Source: Lama guanicoe
Taxonomy: Eukaryota
Length of the DNA stretch: 64,000 nucleotides
Assembly (NCBI GenBank): GCA_013239625.1
Contig: MU053513.1
Span: forward strand, 3,026,927 to 3,090,926
Direction: 5' to 3'
The notes below the pieces were generated by a model. That model saw only the letters and a program-made list of their open reading frames with translations. It was not told the origin of the DNA and did no database searches. A program made the translations under genes and the position numbers. This document shows positions 1-13,487 of the stretch, one piece after another. Every line of letters begins with the position of its first letter. Position 1 is the stretch's first letter.

Positions 1-31
1 CAACTGATCATCCATACAACTGCATAACCTG

Positions 32-182
32 TGTGGTAGGTTAAACCATGAGTCACAATTCTTCACTCTCCTGTAGAGGCACTGCACACCCACACTTTGC
101 CTTGTTCATGGTTGGTGGGTGCCCTTCTGCACACCTCACTTTCAAGTTTACTTATGAGCTTGCTTTGGCCAATGAATGTTAG
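32..182 (+). mobile_element. Old MaLR (MLT1-type) LTR 5' fragment
   Basis: Starts tgtggtaggttaaa and contains ttgctttggccaatgaatg, resembling the MLT1H/J 5' end; highly diverged. Confidence 0.45.
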
Positions 183-277
183 ATTGCCCTCACTTAAAAC
201 TTTCAAGTCTTTTTTACAATGTTGCGGTGTATCCACATTTCATACATTCCATACCTATGCAGGAGATTTTTTTGGAG

Positions 278-462
278 TTTAAAAATAGAATTACCATATG
301 ATCCAGTAATATCATTTCCAGATGTATATCCAAAGGAATTGAAACTAGGATCTTGGAGAGAGATTTGCACACCCATGTTCATATAAGCATTATTCACAAT
401 AGCCAAAAGGTGCAAGCAACCCAAACGTCAGACATCAAAAAAAATAGTGTGTGAGTGGGTAT

Positions 463-494
<32 letters not shown>

Positions 495-880
495 ATACAT
501 ACAATGGAATATTCTTTGGCCTTAAAAAGGAAAGAAATTCTGACACATGATGCAACATGGATGAAACCTGATAGACATGATAAATGAAATAAGCCGGTCA
601 TAAAAAGACAAATACTGCATGATTTCACTTATACGAGGTGTCTAGAGTAGTCAAGTTTATAGAAACAGATGAAAGAACGGTAGTTGCCAGGGACTGGTGG
701 GATGGGGAAATAGGGAATTGTTGTTTAATGTGTACAGAGTTTCAGTTTTGCAAAATGAGAAAATTCTGGAGATTGGTTGTATAGCAATATGAATATACTT
801 AACACTACTTAATTGTACACTTAAAAACGGTTAAGATGGTAAATTATGTTATGTGTATTTTACCACAATCAAAAAAAAAT
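278..880 (+). mobile_element. L1 (L1MB-like) 3' end: ORF2 C-terminal remnant, 3'UTR and A tail
   Basis: gaattaccatatgatccag...tgcacacccatgttcata...aatggaatattc, ending aaattatgttatgtgtattttaccacaat plus an A run. Confidence 0.9.
447..494. repeat. (TG)n microsatellite inside L1
   Basis: Visible TG run, pure from about 468. Confidence 0.95.
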
Positions 881-1001
881 CTTAAAAACTTAAAAACAAC
901 CATTTTCTTGGCTCACAATTCTGTGGAACAGCAATTTGGTATGGGCCTTGCCTACAGCCACCTGCTGGCTCAGCAGGACCTGGTTTGTTTAAGGTGACCT
1001 C

Positions 1002-1453
1002 TGTGATGGTTAATCTTATTTGTCAACTTGACTAAGCCGTGGGGTGCCCAGATATTTGGTAAACATTATCCTGAGCGTGTGTGTGAGGGTATTTCTAGAG
1101 GCGATTAACATTTGATAGGTAGACTGAGTAAAGCAGATTGCCCTCCCCAGTGTGGGTGGGCCTAACCCAGCCCACTGAAGGCCTAAATAGAACAAGAAAG
1201 CTAGGTAAGAGAGAATCTGCTGTCTCTGACTGTACTGGAGCTGGGACATCAGTCTCCTTCTGCCTTTGGAATCAGACTCAGGCTGGAACTATACCATCAG
1301 ATCTCCTGCGTCTCCAGTATGCCAACTGGAGATTCTGGGACTTCTTGGCCTCCATAATTGCACAAGACAATTCCTTATAATAAATATCTTTATAAATCTA
1401 GATCTACATATACCCTATTGGTTCTGTTTCTCTGGAGGACCCAGACTATTATA
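1002..1453 (+). mobile_element. MLT2 (ERV-L) solo LTR
   Basis: Typical start tgtgatggttaat...tgtcaacttgact and end ctattggttctgtttctctggag..ccagacta; AATAAA near 1379; 5-bp TSD acctc/gcctc. Confidence 0.9.
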
Positions 1454-1618
1454 GCCTCACTCATATATTAAGGGATTGGTACTTGCTCTTGGCTGAATCT
1501 CCCAAACCATGAGGTTTTTCACCCTAGCCCTGTGTTCCCAGGGTAAGAGAGGAAGCACTGGGGCCTCTCGAGACCCTGGCTTATAAATTGCAAAATGTCA
1601 CTTTCACCACAGTCACTC

Positions 1619-2274
1619 TGAGACAGGACGGAAAGGGGCAGGGCACAATCACTCAAGGAATGACAGCAATTTAACACTGAAACAGTGGAAGAGTCACCAA
1701 AATGGTGGAAGATTCAACTCCTGGTTAGCCTTGAGGATTAAGAGGTTTGACTTCTAGTAGACCTTGAGCTTCATTATATGCTCATTGTAACAGTGTGATC
1801 AATAACATGCCCCCAGGCACCACGGCAGCCCAAGGCTAACTGCAAAAGGCCAATGAATGGGCCGTGGCCCAGTTCCTGGGAATCCCAGCCCCTTCCCCAG
1901 GGCAGTTGGAATGGTCCCACCTGTAGGCGAGTGAAGCTACTGAGCCCATAAAAACTGGCAACACCACACCTCACCACCCCTTTTTCACTCTCTCCCCTTT
2001 GGAGACGGCCCACACTCTGTCTATGGAGTGTGTACCTACTTTTACTTTAAACTGAGCACCCAATTCCCACACCTCTTTCCTTGCCTTTCTCTTGCCTTAC
2101 ACTCTATGCAGGGTGTATCTCTCTAAATAAATCTACCTTTACTCAACGATGGCTCATACTTAAATTGTTTCCTTCGTGAAGCCAAGGACCCACAGTTGGC
2201 AGGGCACGTCCCAGGGGCTCAAGTGAGACCTGGAACACGGCCCTCCTCATGCTCACATCCATTTTCCTGCATCA
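1619..2274 (+). mobile_element. ERV1-class solo LTR (~655 bp)
   Basis: TG...CA termini, TATA-like cataaaaa near 1947, AATAAA 2126-2131, gaagccaaggaccc motif, 4-bp TSD actc/tctc. Confidence 0.8.
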
Positions 2275-4176
2275 TCTCGGTCAAAGAAAGTCACAAAGTT
2301 ATCCTCGATTCAAATAGTGGAAAAACAGATCCCCTTCATGGAGTGGGGAGGGGTAGACATCAAATTTGGATTGCAAATGTGCATGCAAAACCAGTGAAGG
2401 AATTATTACAACGATCTTCACAAAGAAACTACCATTGAAGGTGACTAGAGTAAAGTGCCAAGGACAGTGACTGGTGTATGGTAAGTATTCAATAAAGGGT
2501 GATTCTTGTTTTGTTGTTCTTGTGTTTGGTGTTGCTACAATTCTTCAAATTCCAGAAATGTTTGCCATTTGACAAACCAGAGTTGATTCTAATATCTTTC
2601 CAATGTATTTCTCCCGATCACAGAGATGAGGAAAAGCCATCAGTTACTAATAGGCATTTATATCTCACAGTCTTTATATATCAAAATATATTTTATATAC
2701 ATATATATCTTATATAGAGGTATATGACTTTCTATATCTAAAGCCTTTTTTAAAAAGGCAAACCAAAAACCAAAACATGAAATTTAACAATGCTAATCTC
2801 ACACTTTTTCTATAAACTGATATAATTCAGTAGGTTTACCTAATCGTAATCGAAAAAAATTATTTTGAAAAAATACTTAGACTCTAGTATATTTCCACAG
2901 AGTCCTACAAGCTCAAATAATACAATAAAAGATAATGTGAAAATAATGTAGATCTTTACCCATGAACAATGTTCAAGTACTTCTGCATCTTTCTTTTATC
3001 TTATTAAAGCTCCATAATTGCAATTTTTAAATATAGTAATAACAGAGTGAACACAGATAGTGAACTCAGTGCAGAAAGAACTAGATGCAATAACCAAACA
3101 AAGTGTGAGATGGTTTCAAACTGTTCTTAGGCAACTGTTCCCACTCTCATCTTAACATGCATATGCACTCCTTCAGGACTGAGGAGAGTTCACTGTTGAA
3201 ATGTCATTGAATTTTCACTAGAAAAAGAAAATGGAGTAACTTGGCTTTTGTTTCTCAGTCCTATTGTACTGGGTCTTATTATCAGTATAAACAAGAGTAT
3301 GAAGAAATTGGAGCTTCTAAGCCAGCTTATCTATAAGCAACTATTAGCCCTTTGGTGACCGATTAAGGTCAGGTCTATTTCTAAATCTTTTGAGGGTAAT
3401 ATTTGAAAAGGTTTTCCTTTATATTTTAACATTAAAAAAAAAGCCATTGGCTATTGATCTCTGTCACAAAGAGGCCCTCTGCTCCTCCCTTTCTATGCAT
3501 GGAGTTGCAACTGGGGAACCACGGTGCGTCTCTTGCAGGCCACCCACAGCCCCTCCAGAGCTAGGAAATGTTAATATATCCAAGAAAGCAACACCGCGTG
3601 GAATCACCCGCCTACAGAGATTAAAAAGTGCTCCTGGATAATATCATTCCCCACCCAACCAGGCCCTGTGGAAATGAGGGAAGACCAACCAAATGAGAGC
3701 CAGCCCAGGCTATTTATTTTCACAGCTTTCTCTAGCAAGGAAGTCAGCCACTGTCACTTGTGTTTTGGCAGAGACTCAAAGGCAGGCAGAGGAGTGGGAA
3801 AGCTTTATAGTGGGAAAAAAGGGAAGGCTTCAGGTATGCCCTGATTGAAGGCTGTTGGCACAGAGACACTGAAGGCAGGCCAACAAGGAACAGGACATCC
3901 TACATGACTGGTTAGGGGAGAATATTTGACTTTCTCTGGTTGGTCCTTAATTAGAAACGAGAAGACGAATTAGGGAAGTTGCCAGTCATTGGTCAAGTCT
4001 GGACACGTGGGATTGACTGTTACAGAAGTTATTGTTTAGCTTCCTGATTATTACTAGAAATAGTAGTATGACTTTCAGAAGTCTAGCTTACAGCAGGAGG
4101 ACTGCCTCGGCTATTTACTGTAGACAAAGCGTTAGTTTCCTGGGCAGGTTGCTGCAGGCCACAGGTCAAAGTCCTA

Positions 4177-4260
4177 TTTTTTTTTTATTGACATATAGTC
4201 GATTTACAATCTTGGGTTAATTTCTGGTGTACAGCATAGTGATTCATTTATATAAATATA

Positions 4261-4315
<55 letters not shown>

Positions 4316-5040
4316 CTTTCATATTCTTTTTCATTATAGGCCACTATAATGTTAATATATATAGTTCCCTGTGCTGTATAGTAGGACCATGCTGTTTATC
4401 TATTTTATGTATAGTATTTAATATCTGCAAATCCTGAGCTCCCAGTTTATTCCTCCTCACCCTCTCCCTGCTGGTAATCATAAATTTGTTTCCTATGTCT
4501 GAGTCTGTCTCTGTTTTGTAAGTAAGTTCATTTGTGTTCTTTTTTTTTTTTTTTTTAGATTCTACATATAAGTAACATCATATAGTAGTTTTCTTTTGCT
4601 TTCTGACTTAACTTCACTTAGTATGATGATCTCCAGGTCCACCCATGTTGCTGCAAATGGCATTGTTTTATTCTTTTTATGGCTGAGTAGTATTCCATTG
4701 TATATATACCACAACTTCTTTATCCAGTCATCTGTCAATGAACATTTATGTTGTTTTCATGTCTTGGCTATGTGTGTATTGCTGCTATGGACGCTGGAGT
4801 ACATGTGTCTTTTTTAATTAGAGTTCCCTCCAGGTATATGCCCAGGAGTGAGATAGACAACCTACAGAATGGAGAAAATATTTGCAAACAATGCAACTGA
4901 CAAGGACTTAATTTCCAGAATATACAAACAGCTCATACAACTCAATAACAACAACAACAAAAAACATCCAATCAAAAAATTGGCAGAAGACCTAAACAAA
5001 CATTTCTCCAATGAAGACATACAAATGGCCATTAGGCACA
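4177..5040 (-). mobile_element. 5'-truncated, 5'-inverted L1 (artiodactyl-type 3'UTR)
   Basis: T tail at 4177; antisense 3'UTR/ORF2 end to ~4854; sense ORF2 piece 4855-5040 ([22 protein letters not shown]1 ORF2 C-terminal region); TSD tcaaagtcctattttt/tcaaagttctattttt. Confidence 0.9.
4261..4312. repeat. Compound (TG)n(TA)n microsatellite in L1 3'UTR
   Basis: Directly visible. Confidence 0.95.
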
Positions 5041-6584
5041 TCAAAGTTCTATTTTTATATGATCTGGCACAATGTTCGTTTGTATATTCAGTCTCTCAGA
5101 TCTAAATGAAACCTGAGCAGGTACAGTGAGCATTAGGCTGGTTAGTCCATTTTGAATCTGATAAAGCCTATCTGAAGGCAGCTCCTTTCCCCAAGCTGCT
5201 TTATTCTCTGTTCAGATGTCCATCAACATTTACCATCTGAGAATGATCACCGACACACAGCGCTCTCCCTCTGACTGGTGTGAACTTCAGGCAGAAACCA
5301 CTGTTCATGCTGCTTCATTTCAAACTTACAAACTGATACACAACAAACAATTTGAATCTAAGTTTACTCCCAGTTGAAATAAAAAGGGTTACCTATTTTA
5401 TGTTTTCTTACAATAGAAAGCAGATCCCACTTACAGAGATAACATTCTTCCTGGAAGTAAACCAAGTGGGAGACTGAGGAATGGATAATTAAAAAATAAT
5501 TTACAAGACTGACATAATAGTTTCTCTAGAGTTCTGAGACCCACTTCCTATAGGGTTTTCAAATGTGCTGCTACAGTGTGACCCAGAGCACAGGGTAGAC
5601 ACAGAAATGTGGTGGATTAAGTCAAACATAAAACAGACGAGAAATGAATTTGAAAGAGAGCTTCATCTGCACTGGCTCCAAACTGACCTCTTTCTTGAGT
5701 TACCAGACCACCTATGAATTAACCTGGTTAATACAAGTGTTTAAGGAAAAGAATTGGATTTGTGTCATAAACTTCCCAGGTTAATGTAAGACCAAGAAGA
5801 GTGAAAACGTGAGAGAAAGCTCCACTTTGGTCAGAGAGCTTTTTCTTAGTGGAGTCACAATTTGATTCACAGTAGTACTGAAACCACAAAGCTTTGCTTA
5901 CAATTTGGCACTCTTGAAGTATAATGTTCTTAAAAATTCCTAAGTGGTAGGCAAACCTCTATACCATGGTCCACTTCCAAGATTTCAGTAGGAAAATCCA
6001 CTCTTGTCTAGAGCAAATGTATTTTGCTACAATAGGCATCTTTCCGCCTTGACATCCTAACCCCAATTCTCTTGGGCCTGAAGTATAATTGTAGCTGATT
6101 GGTGTTTACCTCCAGAAACACACTTTGTTAATAAAGTAATGAAATTAAATGTTCCACAAATGAGTACTTGCAGGTCTTTTAGATATTTTCCCCCCTGAAC
6201 ATAGATTCTAGAAACCACATTCCTTTCACAAAAGCTCAGCACAATATTTTCCAAGGTTTTACTATAGTCACAGCTGCCAATCTCTTGCCGCACTTTGGAT
6301 AAGAGAGCAAATAATGCTAGAAATACCCTCACTACTCAGTAAATGGTGATTATTAATCTAACTGAACTTTTAAAAAGAGTAACAAAGGAATTTCGGGCAT
6401 TTTCTTTCCTAAATATTTTTTAAATACAGGTCAGAAACTCACCCAGTCAACAGCAAGATGACAACCTAAATTGCTGTTAAAATACATTCCAGTAAGTGAG
6501 ATTTAAACCCCGATATGGGCATAACACAGTGATACATTCGCATTTATTTAGAATAAAAATTCCAAATGTCCTCTCCAATTTTAA

Positions 6585-6840
6585 TTCATTTTGCAAGTAT
6601 TTACTAAGCACTGTCTCTGTGCATCTAGTCGATGAAGATACAAACATGGGGAAATACAGCCCCTGCCCCCAGGATTTCACTGTCCGGTGCGAAACTGAGC
6701 TGGACAAACAAACAGACAAGTGGTTTTAGTTCTCTGTGATAAATGCCACGAGAGAGTGATCTTGAAGTTCTCAGGCATCCCAAATAAGAAGGCAATTACT
6801 TCTTCTGGGAAGGACCTCGGAAAGCTGACGTTCAGCCTGG
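6585..6840 (-). mobile_element. L2 3' fragment
   Basis: ttcattt..caagtatttactaagcac...cccctgcccccaggatttcac matches the antisense L2 3' end. Confidence 0.7.
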
Positions 6841-9189
6841 GCACCACCACCATACTGGGCATTTACAGCCAGAATCCCCTTTGACTGATCAGGGCCACAG
6901 CACTCCTGGAGGTAGGGGAGGGAGGAGCTCCAGGGTTCAGAACAAAAAGGAAATAGGGCTATGCTTCCCGAATTTACCTGTCAGTTAGCACCACCAACTG
7001 CCATTTTCAGTTGCCTCTGGCTTTGACTTCACTGTTAAATCACTTTTGGGAAAAAACAAACAAACAAACAAAACCTTGTATTTCTGCATGATAAAGAAAT
7101 ATTTCTTTTTTTTTTTTTTAAATCACAAAAGTCAGTTAAAACTAACCCAGGAACTGGAATTATTCTCTGGTATTTCCAATTGTGGGGATTCTAGTAAAAC
7201 TCCATTTGCCACCTCTAACACAATTCTTAATAACTATATTTGTAACTGTTTTTAATTAAATACAACGATCTAGAAGAAAAAAAGAAGTCATTCCAACCTA
7301 GGCTTCCTTGAGAACAAACAGGCCCCAGCACTAGAGACATCCATCCCTAGGCTGGCACTAAATGCTGGACCAAACACTGATCTCACGTGTGCTTTAGGAG
7401 ACAAAACAAAGTGAATTCTCTTCTTCAGAAGAAACACACAGTATTAAGTCAAATTTCAATATTTCTCACCCTCCACTATCTGCCAGACAAGAAGAAAACC
7501 CAGAGTGCAGTGTTTTATACCCATAGTCTGGGTGCAATTGATTTACTTTCATTGGAATCATTCATCTATCAGGGCTGAAAACATAAATGTCAAAGCAGCC
7601 ATAATATATTTGCACCAATAAAGTCATCGGTTATGCTTTCATACCACATAGAGAAAGAAGACTTTATTAACCTTCATGAGGCTTAACTACAAAAATAACG
7701 TTAAAAGAAAACACTTAGGGATATTTTGGGTGACTGGTGTGTGGGTGGGTGGGTAGAGATGGGTAGGATGAAGCAAGTAAGTAATAACTGAGGTCCTAAG
7801 ATGAGTAGAGAAAGAGAAAGTGGATCTTAAAATAAAATAGCTCCTTTCAAAGCTTTAATCTTTGGTTCCCATACAACACTCATTGCCCTCTCATTCCAAT
7901 TTGTCATCATTTTCTCTCCATTGTATGCTTCACAGATGTATGCAACTTATTAGCAAACAATTTCCCCACTTTTCCACAAGCTGTTATCTAAGTAATACTA
8001 TTTTCTTACAAAGTGAGAGGGTATTAACTAGGCTGTCTAAATCCAGTGAAGCAGAAGCAGATGGCAGGTTAGAAACTGCCTCCAGAACAAACAGCGACGC
8101 GAGCAATGCTACCTTTGGTGGCCTTAAATGCTATGAGGCGGGGGGTTCTTTTCCTTCTTTAATGAGTCCGTTTCCCCTCGTGTTTGTAACAGCTCCTTTT
8201 CTCAGCTCCATCAATGGCTAATCTCAGGAAAGGAGTTTCTGATAGACTCATCAGACTAATACACACCACTTAAAAAGCATAATGCATTCTTCGCAGAGGA
8301 CCAAGCCTTAAGCTGAAGTAAAGAGTTTCTAATTATGAAAATTCTGGCATCCACACACAGGAATGGGGACTAAGGAAAGATTGTTCTTTGGATAGAAGGC
8401 ATAAAATTCAGTATCAGATTAAATCCCATTTCAGAAAATTTAGAGGCTCTTTAAAGTCTTTGAGAATAGTGGATTTTGATTGTATTAAATATACTTTGAA
8501 ATAAGGAAGGCTTTGTCTCATAGATAAGCAGGTAGGTGCTCGGTTTCTCAGTAGAGCAAAAAACAAAAGTGGGCTTCAGAAGAGAGACCACCACCAGAAT
8601 CACTGTGTCGGCTGTCGTTCAATCCCTGTCCCTGACCCACAAGTCAGGAAGCGGCCATCTGCTCAGGTGGCTCCTACAATGCCAGGTTGACATCCATGCA
8701 GTCCGAAATAAACCAACCTGATCCTCCTGGGTTCTCTGCTGTCATCAGATGCCCACAACAACTAAATCTCCAGGGGACCACAGTGTCAGACCAGTTCTCT
8801 CTTTTCATAAGGGATTCACATACCTTCCAAAGTCACTTGGTGAGAAAACAGTACATTTTAATACAAGACAAAGGCTCTCTTGTCATACAGAACTTTTTAT
8901 CAGGCTGATTTAGGGGAAATCTTTTTATCTGCCTAGGCCCTTTGGCCCCTTGAAGATTCACTGAGAAGCTTATAAGTACCAAAATCAATCTTTAGCACCA
9001 GAAATCTTTCATTTCATAAAACTTAGAGGAATCTGTTATAACCTGTTTGTGTTGAACAGAGAATCGATATACTATTATTTAACATAGGAGACCAAGATAC
9101 CTCATCCAGGGGACAGGCAATTTGATGTCCCAATTACATAAACAATTCACCTGCAAGAAGGCAATGTCGATTCCAAAGAAGATACCTTC

Positions 9190-9630
9190 CAATCAACCAT
9201 TTGCCTATTTGTTAAACAAATATTTAATAAGCATTTACTTGGGGCTAGCACCAACCTCCAGGTTGGGCCTACATAGACAAACAGAATACATTTCTTATAC
9301 TCAAACTTAGTGGAAAAAAATGATAAGTGATATAGGGAAGCAAAAAAAATTAGACAATGACATTTTTTTTTCCTAAAGGATATAAAGTCTTTCCAAAGAA
9401 GGTGGCCCTGGAATAAAATCTTGAAGGTAAAATAGAAGTTCATCAGACAAAGCCAAGGATGAAGAAAAGGCGTTATAGCAGAACAACCACCAGTGTCAAA
9501 GGCAGGTAGGTGTGGAAGAACAGAGGGGTCAGGAAACGCTGACTAGGTCAGTGAGAGGGGAGCACCATATGATGGCTGGAGGCTGCATGTAAAGTTAGAC
9601 AGGTGTGTTATTAAAGAGTTCAGATATTCT
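9190..9630 (-). mobile_element. L2 fragment
   Basis: aacaaatatttaataagcatttact followed by purine-rich antisense L2 body (gaaggtggcc, gaacaaccaccagtgtcaaaggc). Confidence 0.65.
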
Positions 9631-11349
9631 AGAGTGGATTGAGGATACCTTTGAGACTTTGACCAAAACTCTGGATCCTCTACATGTAAAATTTTGCATA
9701 CAAATTCAGACAGTTCACCAACTTCCTGACTGCAGTTTGTAGACACAGACTTAAGAATTCCTAAAGCTAGAGAGGTTTTAGTCAGAAAGTTTACATAACG
9801 AAGTTTTTTGTTTGTTTGTTTAATCACCCCGGCATCAATAAGCAGAACAGAAAAGTAAATTTGTAAAGTCAGGGCAACAGAAAGCTATTGAAATATTGCA
9901 GAAAATACTACTGCACAGGTTCTTAACTATACTGGCCAACTGCAAGATAGTAACATGGAGTTTTGTAAGCTCTGGCCTGGACACTTCCAAAAGCACATTT
10001 CAAATATCTAATTTTTAACACTGAGAGATAGAGCTTTCACTGAGGCCAAAAATGGCGGGGGAAACAGAGATGAAAAGAAAGTTTTTGAATTCTCTTTTTC
10101 AAGAGGGTGGTCACCCAGCAACAGAGCAATCATTCCCCTATTCATCACTCACATTACAGAGTCAAAATCCCAAGTTTATTCTTTCAACACAAAGCCCATG
10201 CCAAGAGCTGGATAACAAAATTGCAGAGAGTGTGAAATAGCAAAGATATTCCTTGAGTTAAAGTACTTTTATATTAATAATTCTTATCAATAATCCACAC
10301 ACTTAAATTAAGTGAGAAATCTATCACTCATTATGGGAAACAAGCAGATACAAAGCCTATCCCGAAGATTACATTCACATCTGATGAGCAATGCATATCA
10401 TACTGTTTTGTTTTGAATTGCTGAGCACATGAAATGAAAGGAAAGAGAGAGGGTAGGCAAAAATAGGATAACAGATTCTTGTTGCTGATCACTTAGCCAA
10501 GAGACTAAGACTTGGAATGATGGACGGGAGATGATTTGAACAACACAGGACAAAATATATTCCCAGGGAGCACTGGGAGAGGGAAGGCTAGAGCCGGGTG
10601 AAAGCCACAGTCAGTCCTATAGTATCTGAGGCCTTCAGTACAGCCAAGTCCATATCATGGCGGTTGCACATAACAATAACAGCTTTGTTACAGGTTATTA
10701 AATAATTGGCCTCGGAGCACATGGTTGGAACTAGAACCCGGACGCTTTGGACTTTTCCCAAGTTCAGACCTCTTTGCACCATAAAGCATGAGTTGGTTTC
10801 TTGGTTAATTAATCAAATTATGCTCCATGACTATGATCCATGTGCCTCTAAAATTTATTTTCATTAGGAGTTCCAGAAGGCAAAGATTTTCTTGATGTTT
10901 ACTCTTATATCTCCCACCAATCAATTCCATCTTCCCAGTAGAAGCAGTCCTAGAATTTTGATTCATAAGGACGTCCCACCTCATCCCCAGGAGGATTCCT
11001 ATCCCAGCTGCAAAAATCTGTACCAATTAACCAAGGCCAAACTGGCCACTGGATGGCAACAAACTGCTAGAAGATAAGTTGTATGCAGGGGACTGCCTGG
11101 GTGACAGGTACTATCTTTGGACATATCAGACTATGCACCTGTCAAGACTGGTATGGTGTTCACCAGGCTCTTGCAGTATTTTTGAAACCATAAATGCCGC
11201 AATCAGGAACAATCTGAAGTTCTTACTCTTGTAAATATCTCCGAGAAGACGACGACTCCAATAACACCATGGCATGCTTCCAGCTCCAGGCAACTGCATG
11301 AGCCATTTCTTTGGTCCACACCCCCTCACACCAAAAGCTTCACCAGGTT

Positions 11350-11600
11350 AACTTTCACTGCTCCTTCAGCACTTGGCTAAAATCCTCCTTATTCCAGGAA
11401 GAAGCCCCTGCCACCTCCCCCGTGTCAGAGTTAGGTCACCCTCTACTATGTGCTCCCATAGTGCTTCCCTCTAAATTATAATCCTCTGATTACTTGTTTA
11501 TATCTGTCGGGAGATTACAAGCTCTGTGAAGGCCTGAGTAGCCCCATTACCTGGCATACAGTAGACACTCCAATATTAACTAAATGGAATGAATGACTCA
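11350..11600 (+). mobile_element. L2 3' fragment
   Basis: Ends cctggcatacagtagacactccaata...gaatgaatga. Confidence 0.7.
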
Positions 11601-12804
11601 ATCATGCATGCAGGCATGAGATACCTTAAAAATGAACCACTGCTAAAATAATACTTTTACTCCATGTAAAATGCATGTATTTAAAGAATGATTGTAAACA
11701 ATGGGAATTTACTTGTGTAATTGCATACTCTCATACTTAATTTTTTCCATCTCCAAAGTCTGCCCCAAAATATAAAATTTCAATAGATAAGCATTTAAGA
11801 AATTATCTATAATCATACTACAAAATTTTAGGGCAAAAAAAGTTAAGTTTTACCCTATCCTTATACCTCTGACAAAATTTTCCAGATTTTTAAGTGAGCT
11901 CTTTGAAATGTAAACCAAAGAATCTCCAAAATATTGAGAGGAAAGTATATCAAAAAGAAATTAATTAGGGAAAAAGTATCTGCTCCAGTAGAGTTCGCCA
12001 TTTTAGATCTTCAAGCAAAATGATGTTTACAAATAACAGTAATAAGCCTCTTCTTCATTCACTGGTAAGTACTTTCTCTGCAACAACCACCACGAGTCAC
12101 AGGAATTACGCTGAGCTGGAATGGGAAGCAACTTGAGAATCCAGAGCAAGACCTGGAACCACTTTCTGGGTCTCTAGAGATCCAATTCTCCAACTCCAAC
12201 TTGCTTAACACAAGAACTACAACTGAGTTAGAGGAAGCAAAGTCTGTGTGTCAGATGGGTCCTTCCTACTATGGAATTTCACTCAGTCACAGACAGAAAA
12301 TTGCACACTATGAAATGATGCCATTTCATACAGTCACACATTCACCATATCCAGTCCCACAGCTGCCTCATGCCACTTACAACATACACTTAGCAACATA
12401 TGACCAAACCTCCAGTCTTCAGGGCCCTCGTCACCAGGAAAACCCCCACGTGGTGCTTCTAGGGAAGGTTTATTTTTGTGCACAGGGGAAGGCTGCCCTA
12501 GAAGACCCGCTTGGCCCCCAGCACCTGCTCGTCTGCAGAGACAGGCTCGGAGAAAGTCGCAGACAAAGGTCTCACAACTACGAGCCCAGAGATTTGCATC
12601 TGTGCCCACTCTGCATCTGCCACAGGATCACGTGGGACCTCAAAAACACTGCATGAGTTCTCAATACTTCAGGCTTCACTGGATTTTCTAAGGTGAGGCC
12701 AAGAACAAAGTCCAAACTCAAGTAACAGGCTAGAAAAAAGCTAAGAAGATTATCCTTTCTTGAAAACAGACAGCTGAAGGCAGAACAGGATCAGCCATGC
12801 GCCT

Positions 12805-13265
12805 TGTGAGCACTTACCATGTTCTCATGTGCCAGGAACCAAACTGCAAACATGAAATAGTCCATCTCATTGAATCATCCCAAGTAGCTTTGTTTCACAA
12901 AGGAAGAAAGAAGTCTCAGAAAGTTCAAATCACAAAGCTAGTCTCAGTTCCTTTACTTTCTTACTATGTGACCTTGGGCAACATATTATTTAAAATTGCA
13001 AGGCATAGCTATAAAATGAGGACAATAATATTATTTACATCATAGGATTGCTGCAAGGATTAAATACCAATGCATACAAATCCCTTGGTGCCTGATACGG
13101 TAAGTGACAAATCTAAGTAGCAAAGGTAATTGTTAATCTACACTAAAAATAATAGCAACAACGATAACAGTAGTAGCGATAACAAATACAATATTACTGT
13201 GAACGGCAGAGCTAGGATTCAAATACAGGTCTTTCTGATGCTAAAGCCTCTGCTCTTAATTCTTA
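12805..13265. mobile_element. Nested MIR elements in opposite orientations
   Basis: Antisense MIR (gagcacttacc...ggcagagctaggattcaaa) interrupted by a sense MIR core (tgtgaccttgggcaa...taaaatgaggacaataata). Confidence 0.7.
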
Positions 13266-13319
13266 TATCTGTAATACAGTACTTAGCTAATAAGAATCAA
13301 GACGCATGAATGGCTGTAT

Positions 13320-13451
13320 GGAGGGAAAGGTGAGAGAGAGGGAGGGAAGAGGAGAAAAGAAGGAAGGAAGAGAAAGAGGAGGGGAGAGAAGGAGAAGATC
13401 GAGGAAGAAAAAGTAAATAAATATTTGATAAATACTGGTATATATGAATAT

Positions 13452-13483
<32 letters not shown>
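13320..13483. repeat. GA-rich purine tract (13320-13412) and (TA)n microsatellite (~13455-13483)
   Basis: Directly visible low complexity. Confidence 0.9.

Positions 13484-13487
<4 letters not shown>

Larger units (their letters stand above)
885..2435 (-). mobile_element. Old MLT1 (MaLR) LTR split into three pieces by two later LTR insertions
   Basis: cttaaaaacaacc...ggctcacaattctgtgg (885-1001), continuing at 1454-1618 (tgtcactttcaccac) and 2275-2435 (ggtcaaagaaagtcacaaag...gattcaa). Confidence 0.7.
3667..5098 (-). mobile_element. ERV-type solo LTR interrupted by an L1 insertion
   Basis: TG...CA termini; reverse polyA signal (tttatt near 3712) and reverse TATA (ctttata near 3804); sequence resumes after the L1 TSD at 5041. 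Family not assigned and LTR TSD not clear. Confidence 0.65.

Noticed and set aside
4596..5105. ORFs with protein-like text (also 203-628 and 18286-19151)
   Set aside because: They are sense or antisense translations of truncated L1 ORF2 and 3'UTR, not host genes.
7743..7763. G-quadruplex motif GGGTGGGTGGGTAGAGATGGG
   Set aside because: Common in mammalian DNA, with no supporting context.
12201..12656. Longest supplied ORF (151 aa)
   Set aside because: TTG start, no recognisable domain and no convincing splice or promoter context; consistent with a chance ORF.
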